Assembly (NCBI GenBank): GCA_964643955.1
Contig: CAZXUO010000001.1
Location: 78,314-142,313 of the forward strand
DNA length: 64,000 bases
Direction: 5' to 3'
Source: an uncultured Candidatus Saccharibacteria bacterium
Lineage (GTDB): Bacteria; Patescibacteriota; Minisyncoccia; Phycocordibacterales; UBA918
Part shown: in pieces, positions 1 through 9,387 of the stretch
Layout: every line of letters begins with the position of its first letter
How positions within the stretch are numbered: position 1 is the stretch's first letter
Position numbers and translations under genes: made by a program
The notes under the pieces: model-generated
Told to the model about the DNA's origin: nothing
The model's input: only the letters and a program-made list of their open reading frames with translations
The model's database searches: none

Positions 1-980
1 GACAAGATACGGTCACTTTCTTCAAAAACACGAGCGAACTCATCTGTAAACGGATCATACGAATATACCCCACCATCCCCAGATCTATAGATCTTATTTT
101 CTAAGACCTTATTTCCAAATGATCTATAACCGAATCCGCTTTCGGGTGGTCGTGCAACCTCAAATTTTTCGTTAGAACCATCTGGAAGAAAGACAAGATG
201 CTCGTAGACTCCTCGTGAGCGGACAGACTCAAGAAACATCGTGCCTTTGGATTCTTGAATCAGGTCAATTGGTTCGTAGTAAGCTTCACTTGATTCGAGT
301 AGCACATTAAAATCTCTGTTGCATTGATCTGGTACAGCAGTACTATCACTTGTGAAAAGAACAAATTCGATATAGTTTTCGTGCCCTCCTCCACTAATAT
401 AGCTAACGCCAGTATATCTAAATTCTCCAGATATATATTGTCTGGCGTCCTCTCGTTCCCTAGCAAATGAGTACTTTGCATTTTCAGTTGTCGACGGAAC
501 GGCCCAGCGACTATCAAACTGATTATTATCTGCACCAAATACACGATCACCAAATGATATAAATTTAGATGGGATTTCCTCATCCTGTTCAGCTTTTGTT
601 CCGAAAATAACGCACGAATTATTGTCATTTTCTAATACGAAAAGGAAGTGGCCATAACTTGAATATGGATACGGAAATGACTTTTTTGCTTGTGTACTCT
701 CAAACCATCCATCAGGAATATCAAAACTTATGTTTATAGTATTTGATTTCCACTTAGTGCGACTATGTGTCTCTGTTGTAGAAGCATTGTTTCCCTGATC
801 TTCAGTTAAAGCATCTTGTGACGGAGTGCGAGCAGTTCGAAATATACTGTCAGCGAAAAGATTCCATGACAGAACAACGGCGACAAGCGTACAAATGAAT
901 ACTAAAAACGCTGAGTCTTGGATTCTTATTCTTTTCCAAAATGGAGAATAGGGTGGTTTTGGAGATTCAGTATCGAGCAT
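1..980 (-). CDS. hypothetical protein, membrane-anchored or secreted (3' end beyond window edge)
   Basis: Manual reverse-complement translation gives a continuous open frame from the ATG at 978-980 to the window edge (MLDTESPKPPYSPFWKRIRIQDSAFLVFICTLVAVVLSW...). It has an N-terminal hydrophobic helix. The 122-aa ORF 260..628 in the track is an alternative frame inside it. Confidence 0.4.
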   Translation of the reverse strand, partial: MLDTESPKPPYSPFWKRIRIQDSAFLVFICTLVAVVLSWNLFADSIFRTARTPSQDALTEDQGNNASTTETHSRTKWKSNTINISFDIPDGWFESTQAKKSFPYPYSSYGHFLFVLENDNNSCVIFGTKAEQDEEIPSKFISFGDRVFGADNNQFDSRWAVPSTTENAKYSFAREREDARQYISGEFRYTGVSYISGGGHENYIEFVLFTSDSTAVPDQCNRDFNVLLESSEAYYEPIDLIQESKGTMFLESVRSRGVYEHLVFLPDGSNEKFEVARPPESGFGYRSFGNKVLENKIYRSGDGGVYSYDPFTDEFARVFEESDRIL

Positions 981-1116
981 CTGTTGATTTAATTATTACA
1001 CAGAGAAGGATCATTTCGATGTTTTTCAACAGTACTGGCGTCTTCCCTATTGATTCTTAATTTATTCCAATGGATATGGTCACAAGTATTTTTTCAAATG
1101 GAAAAAACTCGCTACT

Positions 1117-1132
1117 CCCGAGAGGATTCGAA
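1117..1132. repeat. 16-nt direct duplicate (cccgagaggattcgaa) of the T-arm/acceptor segment of the downstream tRNA-Ala
   Basis: Exact 16/16 match to 1269..1284 inside tRNA-Ala. The flanks do not fold into a second tRNA. Confidence 0.4.
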
Positions 1133-1230
1133 GCTTACAGCTTCAGTTCAGGTTGTATGACCTTTTCTCCCTCAGGTCGAAAAGTTCGACAACCTCTTCG
1201 AATCACCTCCCGAACGCCCCGTCCACTAAA

Positions 1231-1260
1231 AAACGCCGGAAAGAATCCGGCGAATTTTTA
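1231..1260. terminator. bidirectional rho-independent terminator (GCCGGA-aagaat-CCGGC flanked by A- and T-runs)
   Basis: Seen in sequence: a 5-6 bp GC stem with a U-tract on both strands, immediately 3' of tRNA-Ala on the minus strand. Confidence 0.5.
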
Positions 1261-1261
1261 G

Positions 1262-1337
1262 TGGTGGACCCGAGAGGATTCGAACCCCCCGCCTCCTCAG
1301 TGCAAATGAGGCGCTCTACCAAATGAGCTACGGGCCC
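1262..1337 (-). tRNA. tRNA-Ala (anticodon UGC), CCA encoded
   Basis: Manual cloverleaf: acceptor GGGCCCG/CGGGTCC with the G3:U70 Ala identity pair; D-arm GCTC/GAGC; anticodon stem CCTCA/TGAGG with loop TTTGCAC; T-loop TTCGAAT; 3' ACCA. Confidence 0.85.
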
Positions 1338-1482
1338 TTAAGATTTCTGGGAGAAATATTAAGTTCTGCTTACAAAACTTAAGTTACCCCTGAGTACTGC
1401 GCCGTATCGTTGGATACGGGCCCTGCTTTATGTCTCCAAGAGACAGCCACTATAATACGTATTTCTCCACTTTCAGTCAATC

Positions 1483-2463
1483 CTACCTCCGGCGGCTCAA
1501 AAGGGCGTCATCGATCAAATGATGGACGAATTCTTGATATGAACAGCCGACGGCACCGAGCGCCTTTGGAATAAGCGACTCAGGCGTGAGGCCGGGCAGT
1601 GTATTGATCTCAAGGAAATACACGCCATCGTCTCGGATGATGAAATCAGAACGCGAGTACTGTGAGAGTTCGAGCGTTTCGTGCACCATTTTTGCAAGGC
1701 GCTCAATCTCCTCTTTCTCTGCATGCGAAAAACGCCCCGGGCATATCTCTTGCGTCTCACCGTTGTATTTTACTTCGTAGTTAAAGAAGCCGGCCTTCTG
1801 AGGTGGAATGATCTCAACAACAGGAAGTGCGTAGATCGATTGATTGCGGAAATTGTTGAGTACGCCACATGTTGCTTCCTTGCCTGCGATAAACTCTTCG
1901 ACAAGTACTTGCTCGTACTGCCCTAAACTTTTACGCAGAGCAGCTGCAAGCATATGCGGGTTATCTGCAATAATCGTGCCGATCGACGAGCCACTCGAGA
2001 CTGGCTTCACCACATAGCGCGGCCCGAAGAGCTCGTTGATCGATTGGGCCATACCGTCGATATTTGAGCACGCATCTGAATTGACGAGCATGTGGCGCGC
2101 CATGTTGATGCCACTGTCACGCAATCGATCTTTCGTCATCGCTTTATTGAGTGCAATTGCTGATGGAAATGCGCCGCTGCCGGTATATGGCACACCGAGC
2201 GTATCAAGAAGGCGCTGCACCGTACCGTCTTCGCCGTATGCGCCATGGAGCGCGAGAAAAACAACGTCTACGCTGCACGCAATATCCTGCGGCGTTCGTA
2301 CACGACCACCGAGCAGCCATTCACCAGACTTCGTGATCACGACATCAAGTGGTTGATATCGATCGGTGTCGATCGCGGAAAGTACGCCGGCACCGGTCGC
2401 GATTGAAACATCGTATTCTTCACTTGGTCCGCCACGTAATACGGCAACACGGTATTTGTTCAT
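1483..2463 (-). CDS. ddl: D-alanine--D-alanine ligase
   Basis: 326 aa with ATP-grasp Ddl hallmarks (VAVLRGGPSEEYDVSI..., FIAGKEATCGVL, EINTLPGLT). Confidence 0.9.
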   Translation of the reverse strand: MNKYRVAVLRGGPSEEYDVSIATGAGVLSAIDTDRYQPLDVVITKSGEWLLGGRVRTPQDIACSVDVVFLALHGAYGEDGTVQRLLDTLGVPYTGSGAFPSAIALNKAMTKDRLRDSGINMARHMLVNSDACSNIDGMAQSINELFGPRYVVKPVSSGSSIGTIIADNPHMLAAALRKSLGQYEQVLVEEFIAGKEATCGVLNNFRNQSIYALPVVEIIPPQKAGFFNYEVKYNGETQEICPGRFSHAEKEEIERLAKMVHETLELSQYSRSDFIIRDDGVYFLEINTLPGLTPESLIPKALGAVGCSYQEFVHHLIDDALLSRRR

Positions 2464-2519
2464 ATATGGTTACTACTATACCCCATCAGAAAAAGATGCG
2501 TGTGGATACCTGCGTATTG

Positions 2520-3749
2520 CTAGATAAATTTCCCGCGCTTCTGGCGGTGGTAGTTGATCGCAAAGCGATGCGCTTCGGCGTTTGCAAGGAGGATCGCTGT
2601 TTCTTGTTGCGCAATAAGCACCTTTGAACCAATGAGCCGCTTCGGACGATGAAATTCATCCTTTACGACACCAACGACCGGTATTGTTACGCCGTATTTC
2701 TTAAGTACGAGCTCGGCAGCATTTTTTTGCGCTGTACTACCATCAACAACAATAATCTGCGGCATACCCCACTCATGGTGTGCGAGGCGACGATCGAGTA
2801 CTTCCTTTAATGCAGCTGGGTCGTTTGAGCTTTGTACGCTTTGAATTTTAAACTTTCGATACTCGCTCCGAGCCACATCGCCATTCTCTACAACGGTCAT
2901 CACCCCAACCATATCTTTTCCTGCAAGATGCGCGATGTCATACGCTTCAATACGCACTCCTGACGCTTCATCATTGCGGTACATATCACGCTTCACTAGT
3001 GCTATATCTTGGATATGTGTGAGCGCAAATATTTTTCGCTTCACATCATTTGCTTTCTCAAACTCCTGATTTTTTGCAAGCTCCTTCATGTCACGTTCAA
3101 GCTCTTTGATGAGCTCATGCTTCCTCCCTTCAAAGAAAAGTTTGATATGACGAATGGTCTTGTTGTACTCATCTTTTGATTGCTCGCCTGGATAAAGACC
3201 GATCTGGCGGTTGAAGTCTATTTTTCCGCGACCCATCTTGGTCTTGATTTCGGCGAGCGGCTTTTCCGTATCGTAAAATTTAAAAATCTTTCGTACGATC
3301 GCAAGCGCTTCTCGAAAAAGCATGCCGCTCGGAAATGGGCCGAACACGTATTTGAGATCCTTATCGGTAAATTTTTCTGTAATATCTTTGCCGCGGACCA
3401 CAAGTACGCGCGGATATTCTTCATTGGTAATTACCAAATGATTGAAGCTCTTGTCGTCTTTTTCGCGCGTATTATATTTTGGCTTGTGCGTGCGGATGAG
3501 ATTTGCTTCGAGAATGAGCGCCTCGAGCACAGAATCTGTCTCTGTACACTCTACTGAGAGTGCCTCGGCAACCATTTGCTCAATCAGCGGACTGCGTTTA
3601 TCGGCGATATCATGTGAAAAGTAGCTCCGCACGCGAGACTTAAGCGACGTTGCTTTACCTATGTATAAAATACGTTTTCGGGCACCAAGAAAAAAATACA
3701 CTCCTGGTGCATCGGGCAATTCATTTGTTTTAAAATCTTCGATAGTCAT
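2520..3749 (-). CDS. uvrC: excinuclease ABC subunit C, short form lacking the C-terminal (HhH)2 domain
   Basis: N-terminal GIY-YIG motif (PGVYFF...ILYIGKATSLKSRVRSYF), a UVR-type helix, RNase H-like region (IEAYDIAHLAGKD) and the conserved EAHRFAINYHRQKRGK. The protein ends directly after this motif at 409 aa. Confidence 0.75.
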   Translation of the reverse strand: MTIEDFKTNELPDAPGVYFFLGARKRILYIGKATSLKSRVRSYFSHDIADKRSPLIEQMVAEALSVECTETDSVLEALILEANLIRTHKPKYNTREKDDKSFNHLVITNEEYPRVLVVRGKDITEKFTDKDLKYVFGPFPSGMLFREALAIVRKIFKFYDTEKPLAEIKTKMGRGKIDFNRQIGLYPGEQSKDEYNKTIRHIKLFFEGRKHELIKELERDMKELAKNQEFEKANDVKRKIFALTHIQDIALVKRDMYRNDEASGVRIEAYDIAHLAGKDMVGVMTVVENGDVARSEYRKFKIQSVQSSNDPAALKEVLDRRLAHHEWGMPQIIVVDGSTAQKNAAELVLKKYGVTIPVVGVVKDEFHRPKRLIGSKVLIAQQETAILLANAEAHRFAINYHRQKRGKFI

Positions 3750-3803
3750 TTTCTCTATAGTAACCGAAAAAAGGAACCGCGCGGCATGCCGCGCGGCGAT
3801 CCC

Positions 3804-4277
3804 TCAACTATTTTTCTTAGACAACCTCATGAACCACGGGAGCCTTCGATGAGCACGGAAGCTTGCTGCATACGAACGCGCACCGACACAGATCTCCTCA
3901 TTGCTCGGCATGCCGCCGACTTTTTTGTGGTTATGTACAAACCACTCGAGTGCAGCGAGATGCAGTAGCGCTTCAAGATCGTCGAGATCTTCCGTACCGT
4001 ATTCTTCCTCACACACAATCTCAGATTGTTCAGAGAACAGATGCCGCGATGCAGCAAGAAACCAATTCGGCAGAACGCCCATCAACTCAAACTCCGCGTA
4101 TGAGTCGGCGATCTTCTTTACAGCTTCCTCCATGACGTGTGGCTGACGAGGTACGAAGTACCAGTCGTACAGCTTTTCGAACGTATGCTTGATCCAAAGA
4201 GGATCAATGGTAGCTACCCGAAACTTCTGAGCGCATTCGAAGAGAACGAGTGGAATCTCTTTCGGTTGATCGAGCAT
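3804..4277 (-). CDS. hypothetical protein (possible DinB/YfiT-like His-rich helical protein)
   Basis: 157-aa ORF between uvrC and uvrA with several His-containing predicted helices (KHTFEKLYDWY, LEWFVHNHKK). The family assignment is a guess. Confidence 0.35.
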   Translation of the reverse strand: MLDQPKEIPLVLFECAQKFRVATIDPLWIKHTFEKLYDWYFVPRQPHVMEEAVKKIADSYAEFELMGVLPNWFLAASRHLFSEQSEIVCEEEYGTEDLDDLEALLHLAALEWFVHNHKKVGGMPSNEEICVGARSYAASFRAHRRLPWFMRLSKKNS

Positions 4278-4339
4278 GGTGCCCCCTCCATGAGAACCTC
4301 TAAGTCTTCACCATACCACCCTCTTTTGCGAGCGGCAAC

Positions 4340-6988
4340 TTACTTAAGTGCCTTCTTCAAATAGTGTCCCGTGTACGAGCCTTTCGTATCGGCGACTTCT
4401 TCAGGAGTACCTTTTGCCATGAGTTCACCACCATTCTTTCCACCTTCAGGGCCGATGTCGATGACATAATCCGCGCACTTAATAAGGTCGAGGTTGTGTT
4501 CAATCACTACCACCGTATTGCCGTGATTGACGAGCTGCTGAAGAATCTCGATTAGCTTTTTGACATCTTCATAGTGAAGACCGATGGTTGGTTCATCGAG
4601 AAGGTAAATAGTTTTTTCTGTGTGACGACGATAGAGCTCTGCCGAGATCTTTACACGCTGTGCCTCGCCACCTGAAAGAGTCGTCGCCGATTGTCCGAGC
4701 TCAAGGTATCCCAATCCTACTTCTTGAAGCGAGTGGAGACGATCATATACCGCAGGAATGTCATTGAAAAATTCAATCGCCTCTTCGATCGTCATATGCA
4801 ACACTTCGTCAATATTCTTCCCCTTGTAGGTCACCTCGAGCGTTTCTTTTGTAAATCGCTTACCATCACACACATCGCACGTCACATACACCGTCGGCAA
4901 GAAGTGCATCTCAACCGCAATCTCACCATTTCCCTGGCACGCTTCACAGCGACCGCCTTTTACGTTGAAAGAAAAGCGTCCCGATTTCCAGCCGCGCGCT
5001 CGCGCTTCGGTCGATGCCGCAAAGAGGTCGCGGATATGCGTAAATGCGCCCGTATAGGTCGCAGGGTTTGATCGCGGTGTGCGTCCGATCGGCGATTGGT
5101 CGATGAGTACGGTGCGGCCGAGATACTCAGAGCCGGTAAATGATGCGGCGTTGTACGTATGCGGCGTGCGGTAGCGCTTCTCGAGGCGCGAGCGGAGGTT
5201 GCGGTGGAGAATCTCGTACATAAATGTCGACTTACCCGAGCCCGACACACCGGTGATGGTGATGAGTCGTCCAAGCGGAATATCGACATGCATATTTTTA
5301 ATATTAAATGCCTTTCCGCCGCGTATTTTAATAGTGCCCTTTTCTCCTTCACGACGCTTTTCCGGTACTTCAATCTTGCGGTCGCCGCGAAGATAGTCGA
5401 GCGTGATAGAACCCGAGGTGTTTTTCTTTGCTTCAAGCAAATCCTTAAGATATCCATCAACGACCACATTGCCGCCGTGCACTCCTGCGCCCGGGCCAAT
5501 GTCGACAAGATAGTCAGATGCAAAAATAGTATCTTCATCGTGCTCCACGACGAGAATAGTGTTGCCGAGATCGCGGAGGTTCGTGAGTGTCTTAATGAGA
5601 CGCTCATTGTCGCGCTGGTGAAGACCGATTGTTGGCTCATCGAGCACATAGAGTGCGCCGACGAGGCCTGAGCCGAGCTGTGACGCGAGGCGGATACGCT
5701 GTGCCTCGCCACCTGAGAGCGTATTGGCGCGACGATCGAGTGTGAGGTACTCGATACCGACATCGATCATAAACTGCAAACGATCGATGATTTCACGGAT
5801 CGCCGGCCACGCGATCTCCTGCTGCTGTTTTGAAAGCTTGATATTGCCGATGAAGTCGTATGCATCACGGATCGTCATACCGGCAAAATCAACAATGTTT
5901 TTCCCGAGTCCTTTTGCATCTTTTTCATCTGACTGGAGATACACACGGAGTGCCTCAGGTCGGAGTCGAGCACCGTGACACGACGGACACTCGTCATCAT
6001 GGAAAATACCGATGGTACCAAGTCCATTACACTCAGGGCATGCGCCGTATGGAGAGTTGAATGAAAAGAGACGCGGCTCTACCTCGGGAAATGACGAGCC
6101 ATCAATCGGACAAATAAACTTAGCCGAAAGCGTACGCTCGCTTCCATCAGGACTTTCGATCTTAATGAGGCCAGACGACTCCTTGAGCGCATGTTCGATC
6201 GCTTCCGAGAGTCGTTCGCGCGAACCTTTTGGATCATCTGAAAACTCACTCACGTAAATTTCATCAACGAGCACGTCGATGTTGTGTCGCTTTGTCTTTG
6301 TCAGAATGATGCGCTCGCGGAGTGGCTTCAATTCTCCATCGATCTTCACCGTCTCGTATCCTTTTCCAAGGAGATCGTAGAGAAGTTGGTAGTGCTCACC
6401 TTTTCGGCCGACGATAAGTGGCGCAAAAACGCGTACCTTTGCGTCAGATATTGGTACACCCATCACTTCTTGCTTCACCCCTTTCTTAAACTCCTTATCT
6501 TCTACTGATTTCAAAATGATACGGAGAATCTCATCTTGTGAGAGCTTTTGAATCTCGACATCAACGCCGAGGCAGTACGGCTGACCAACACGCGCATAAA
6601 GAATACGAAGGTAGTCGTAAATCTCGGTGATAGTTGCGACAGTTGATCGTGGGTTGCGTGAAGCAGACTTCTGATCAATCGAAATAGCGGGCGAAAGGCC
6701 TGAAATCTCATCGACATCCGGCTTCTGCATTTGGCGCAAAAACTGTCGCGCATATGCAGAAAGCGACTCCACATACCGGCGCTGACCTTCTGCAAAGATA
6801 GTATCGAATGCGAGCGAAGATTTACCAGAGCCTGAAAGGCCCGTAAACGCAACCATCGCATCGCGCGGAAGCGTCAAGGAAATGTTCTTAAGATTGTGCG
6901 TGCGGGCACCCTTAATTACGATCTCATCAGAAGACCGTACGTCTGTCCGCGTCACTTTCTTTTTATCTCCCGAAGTGTTCTTTGCCAT
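4340..6988 (-). CDS. uvrA: excinuclease ABC subunit A
   Basis: Two ABC ATPase modules with Walker A (GLSGSGKSS, GVSGSGKST), signature LSGGE motifs and zinc-finger cysteines. The track ORF extends to 7003 via an in-frame GTG; the ATG at 6988 (MAKNTSG) is the likelier start. Confidence 0.95.
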   Translation of the reverse strand: MAKNTSGDKKKVTRTDVRSSDEIVIKGARTHNLKNISLTLPRDAMVAFTGLSGSGKSSLAFDTIFAEGQRRYVESLSAYARQFLRQMQKPDVDEISGLSPAISIDQKSASRNPRSTVATITEIYDYLRILYARVGQPYCLGVDVEIQKLSQDEILRIILKSVEDKEFKKGVKQEVMGVPISDAKVRVFAPLIVGRKGEHYQLLYDLLGKGYETVKIDGELKPLRERIILTKTKRHNIDVLVDEIYVSEFSDDPKGSRERLSEAIEHALKESSGLIKIESPDGSERTLSAKFICPIDGSSFPEVEPRLFSFNSPYGACPECNGLGTIGIFHDDECPSCHGARLRPEALRVYLQSDEKDAKGLGKNIVDFAGMTIRDAYDFIGNIKLSKQQQEIAWPAIREIIDRLQFMIDVGIEYLTLDRRANTLSGGEAQRIRLASQLGSGLVGALYVLDEPTIGLHQRDNERLIKTLTNLRDLGNTILVVEHDEDTIFASDYLVDIGPGAGVHGGNVVVDGYLKDLLEAKKNTSGSITLDYLRGDRKIEVPEKRREGEKGTIKIRGGKAFNIKNMHVDIPLGRLITITGVSGSGKSTFMYEILHRNLRSRLEKRYRTPHTYNAASFTGSEYLGRTVLIDQSPIGRTPRSNPATYTGAFTHIRDLFAASTEARARGWKSGRFSFNVKGGRCEACQGNGEIAVEMHFLPTVYVTCDVCDGKRFTKETLEVTYKGKNIDEVLHMTIEEAIEFFNDIPAVYDRLHSLQEVGLGYLELGQSATTLSGGEAQRVKISAELYRRHTEKTIYLLDEPTIGLHYEDVKKLIEILQQLVNHGNTVVVIEHNLDLIKCADYVIDIGPEGGKNGGELMAKGTPEEVADTKGSYTGHYLKKALK

Positions 6989-7009
6989 ACAAATGCGCCT
7001 CACGCACGT

Positions 7010-7057
7010 CTATAGCATGAGGTAATGTGCGCACATTATACCACATTTATGCTATAG
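7010..7057. promoter_or_regulatory. nested inverted repeats in the uvrA/small-ORF divergent intergenic region
   Basis: Outer arms CTATAGCAT (7010-7018) and ATGCTATAG (7049-7057) are exact reverse complements. They enclose a perfect 14-bp palindrome AATGTGCGCACATT (7024-7037). Confidence 0.35.
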
Positions 7058-7079
7058 TGCCCGTCGGAACATCTGGGAG

Positions 7080-7295
7080 ATGGACATGATTCTTCGTTGG
7101 TTCTCGGAGTTGCTCCGATTCGCATTTCCTCCACGCGTCTCTGTCTACGACATGTGGAAGCGCAACGAACGGGCATTTCGACCCGGCACGATGCTCTATC
7201 CGGACGATCAGGCTCGCGAGCATGAAGAGGCACTCAAGATTGCCAGGAACTGGCAGACTAAGTGGGGTCCGAAGACGAGACGGGGTCAGAAATGA
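7080..7295 (+). CDS. small hypothetical protein (71 aa) or untranslated small transcript
   Basis: The only plus-strand ORF in this block. A plus-oriented intrinsic terminator immediately follows it and it lies divergent from uvrA across the palindromic region. No recognisable domain. Confidence 0.25.
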   Translation: MDMILRWFSELLRFAFPPRVSVYDMWKRNERAFRPGTMLYPDDQAREHEEALKIARNWQTKWGPKTRRGQK

Positions 7296-7305
7296 CCCCG
7301 CTTTT
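7278..7305 (+). terminator. rho-independent terminator (GGGGTCA-gaaa-TGACCCC + GCTTTTTT)
   Basis: Perfect 7-bp GC-rich stem followed by a T-run on the plus strand only. It abuts the uvrB stop codon on the other strand. Confidence 0.5.
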
Positions 7306-9327
7306 TTATTTCATCTCCTCGAGTGCGCGGATCTCATCGCGCAGGATGGCAGCAGTTTCAAAATCAAGCAGCTTCACCGCCTCATTCATCTGTCGTGTCT
7401 TTTCCTTAATCACCTTCTTTGGATTTTTTGCGTAGAGCGCGCGATCGATGGTGAGAAGTGTATCAACCGTCTCTTTATGTACCGTGCGGAGTTGATCGGT
7501 AATGTCTCTGATTTCTTTAAGAATAGTCTGTGGCGTAATGCCATGCTTCGTGTTGTACGCAACCTGTATAGCGCGGCGGCGGTTGGTCTCATCAATCGCA
7601 TTTTTCATTGAACCGGTGATGCCGTCGGCATAGAGAATCACGCGACCATTCACGTTGCGGGCAGCACGACCAATAGTCTGAATGAGCGACGTCTCCGAGC
7701 GAAGAAATCCCTCTTTGTCTGCATCGAGGATCGCGACGAGCTCCACCTCAGGAAGATCGAGGCCTTCTCGAAGCAAGTTCACACCCACGAGACAGTCGAA
7801 GGTGCCTCGGCGAAACTCAGTAAGTGTCGTAATACGATCGATTGTTTTGATTTCGCTGTGGATATACTCAGCTTTGATATTGCGCGCCTTCAAAAATTCC
7901 GCGAGGTCTTCTGCCATCTTCTTGGTGAGCGTCGTCACGAGTACACGCCCACCGCCTGCGATCACTTTTTCAGATTCTTCAATGAAGTCCTGTACCTGTC
8001 CGGGGTAACCCTCCTCGTCTTTTGCTACGCCCAAAATAGGACGGATGATAATCTCCGGATCGATGAGGCCTGTCGGACGAATGATCTGCTCCACCACCTG
8101 CGTACTATGTTCCTTTTCGTACACACCCGGTGTCGCTGAAGTATAGATCGTCTCACCAACGCGCGTCTCGTACTCATCAAACATGAGCGGGCGGTTGTCG
8201 GCTGCGCTCGGCAGGCGGAAACCATGCTCTACGAGGGTCTTCTTGCGCGACTGATCTCCTGCATACATACCGCCGAGCTGTGGGATCGTCACGTGCGATT
8301 CATCAATAATCGTGAGGAAATCCGGTGTACCGTCTTCCTTGTGTGGAAAATACGAGAGGAGCGTATAGGGCGCTTCTCCCTTTTTTCGTCCATCAAAGTG
8401 TCGCGAATAATTTTCAATACCGTTGCAGTAGCCAATCTCACGAATAAGTGCGAGGTCGTGCTGCGTACGACGCTTCAAGCGTTCTGCTTCAAGTATCTTT
8501 CCTTCCTTTGCAAATTTTGCGAGCTGTTCTTTGAGCTCAGCATCAATATCAGCAATCGCACGCTTGCGCTCAAGCTCCGGCGTAACGAAGTGCTTGGCTG
8601 GAAAGAGGTAAAACGTCTGAACTTCTTCAATAATGGCGCGCGAAACAGCGTCGATCTTCGTGACTGCAGAAATAGTGTCGCCCGAAAACGTAAGGCGATA
8701 GATGACACGCTCGTTGGTTGGCATGATTTCGATATGATTGCCAATAGGGCGGAAATGCCCGGGTGTGAGATCGGCAGGAGTACGCTCGAAATAGAGCGCG
8801 ATAAGCTCTCGCACCATATCGCGTCGCGTGATGTTGGTACCTACTTCAATGCGCTTATGGACCTTTTCGTATTCAATCGGTGAACCGAGACCGTAGATAC
8901 ATGAGACAGACGCAACAATAATGACATCATCTCGAGTAAGGAGTGCTTGTGTTGATGCATGACGAAGTCGATCAATTTCCTCATTGATCTGCGCCTCTTT
9001 TTCGATATAGGTATCAGACACCGGCATGTACGCTTCCGGCTGGTAGTAGTCGTAGTAGGAAACAAAGTAATGCACAGCATTCTCAGGAAAGAAATCGCGA
9101 TACTCCTGCGCGAGCTGCGCTGCAAGCGTCTTATTGTGCGCAATCACCAAAGTCGGCTTCCCTATCTGCGCAATTACATTTGCTGCAGTAAACGTCTTGC
9201 CGGAGCCGGTGACACCGAGAAGCGTCTGATGTCGATCACCGCGACGAACACCCTCCACAAGCTTTTCTATAGCCTGCGGCTGATCGCCCGCAGGCGCATA
9301 CTTAGTTGAAATCTTAAAATCCGCCAT
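7306..9327 (-). CDS. uvrB: excinuclease ABC subunit B
   Basis: Helicase motifs (GVTGSGKTFT, DESH), C-terminal UVR domain (ETAAILRDEIRALEE) and N-terminus MADFKISTKYAPAGDQPQAI typical of UvrB. The track ORF extends to 9381 through an upstream in-frame ATG inside a palindrome. Confidence 0.95.
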   Translation of the reverse strand: MADFKISTKYAPAGDQPQAIEKLVEGVRRGDRHQTLLGVTGSGKTFTAANVIAQIGKPTLVIAHNKTLAAQLAQEYRDFFPENAVHYFVSYYDYYQPEAYMPVSDTYIEKEAQINEEIDRLRHASTQALLTRDDVIIVASVSCIYGLGSPIEYEKVHKRIEVGTNITRRDMVRELIALYFERTPADLTPGHFRPIGNHIEIMPTNERVIYRLTFSGDTISAVTKIDAVSRAIIEEVQTFYLFPAKHFVTPELERKRAIADIDAELKEQLAKFAKEGKILEAERLKRRTQHDLALIREIGYCNGIENYSRHFDGRKKGEAPYTLLSYFPHKEDGTPDFLTIIDESHVTIPQLGGMYAGDQSRKKTLVEHGFRLPSAADNRPLMFDEYETRVGETIYTSATPGVYEKEHSTQVVEQIIRPTGLIDPEIIIRPILGVAKDEEGYPGQVQDFIEESEKVIAGGGRVLVTTLTKKMAEDLAEFLKARNIKAEYIHSEIKTIDRITTLTEFRRGTFDCLVGVNLLREGLDLPEVELVAILDADKEGFLRSETSLIQTIGRAARNVNGRVILYADGITGSMKNAIDETNRRRAIQVAYNTKHGITPQTILKEIRDITDQLRTVHKETVDTLLTIDRALYAKNPKKVIKEKTRQMNEAVKLLDFETAAILRDEIRALEEMK

Positions 9328-9359
9328 TGATTGAATGAGGTCAGTATAACAAAAATTTT

Positions 9360-9387
9360 GCCGCGATGAGGTTTCCCCCATCGCGGC
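9360..9387. promoter_or_regulatory. inverted repeat GCCGCGATG-N10-CATCGCGGC over the -35 region of a putative uvrB promoter (extended -10 TGTTATACT on minus strand)
   Basis: Perfect 9-bp arms. TGnTATACT sits ~10 nt downstream on the minus strand, about 25 nt upstream of the likely uvrB start. Confidence 0.3.

Noticed and set aside
260-628. 122-aa minus-strand ORF listed in the track
   Set aside because: It lies in an alternative frame inside the longer, edge-truncated minus-strand ORF 1..980 and has no protein-like composition.
1070-1261. 63-aa plus-strand ORF and a possible second tRNA in 1100-1230
   Set aside because: The ORF spans the terminator hairpin and the partial tRNA repeat. An attempted cloverleaf around the duplicated TTCGAATCCTCTCGGG segment gives no pairing T-stem or acceptor stem.
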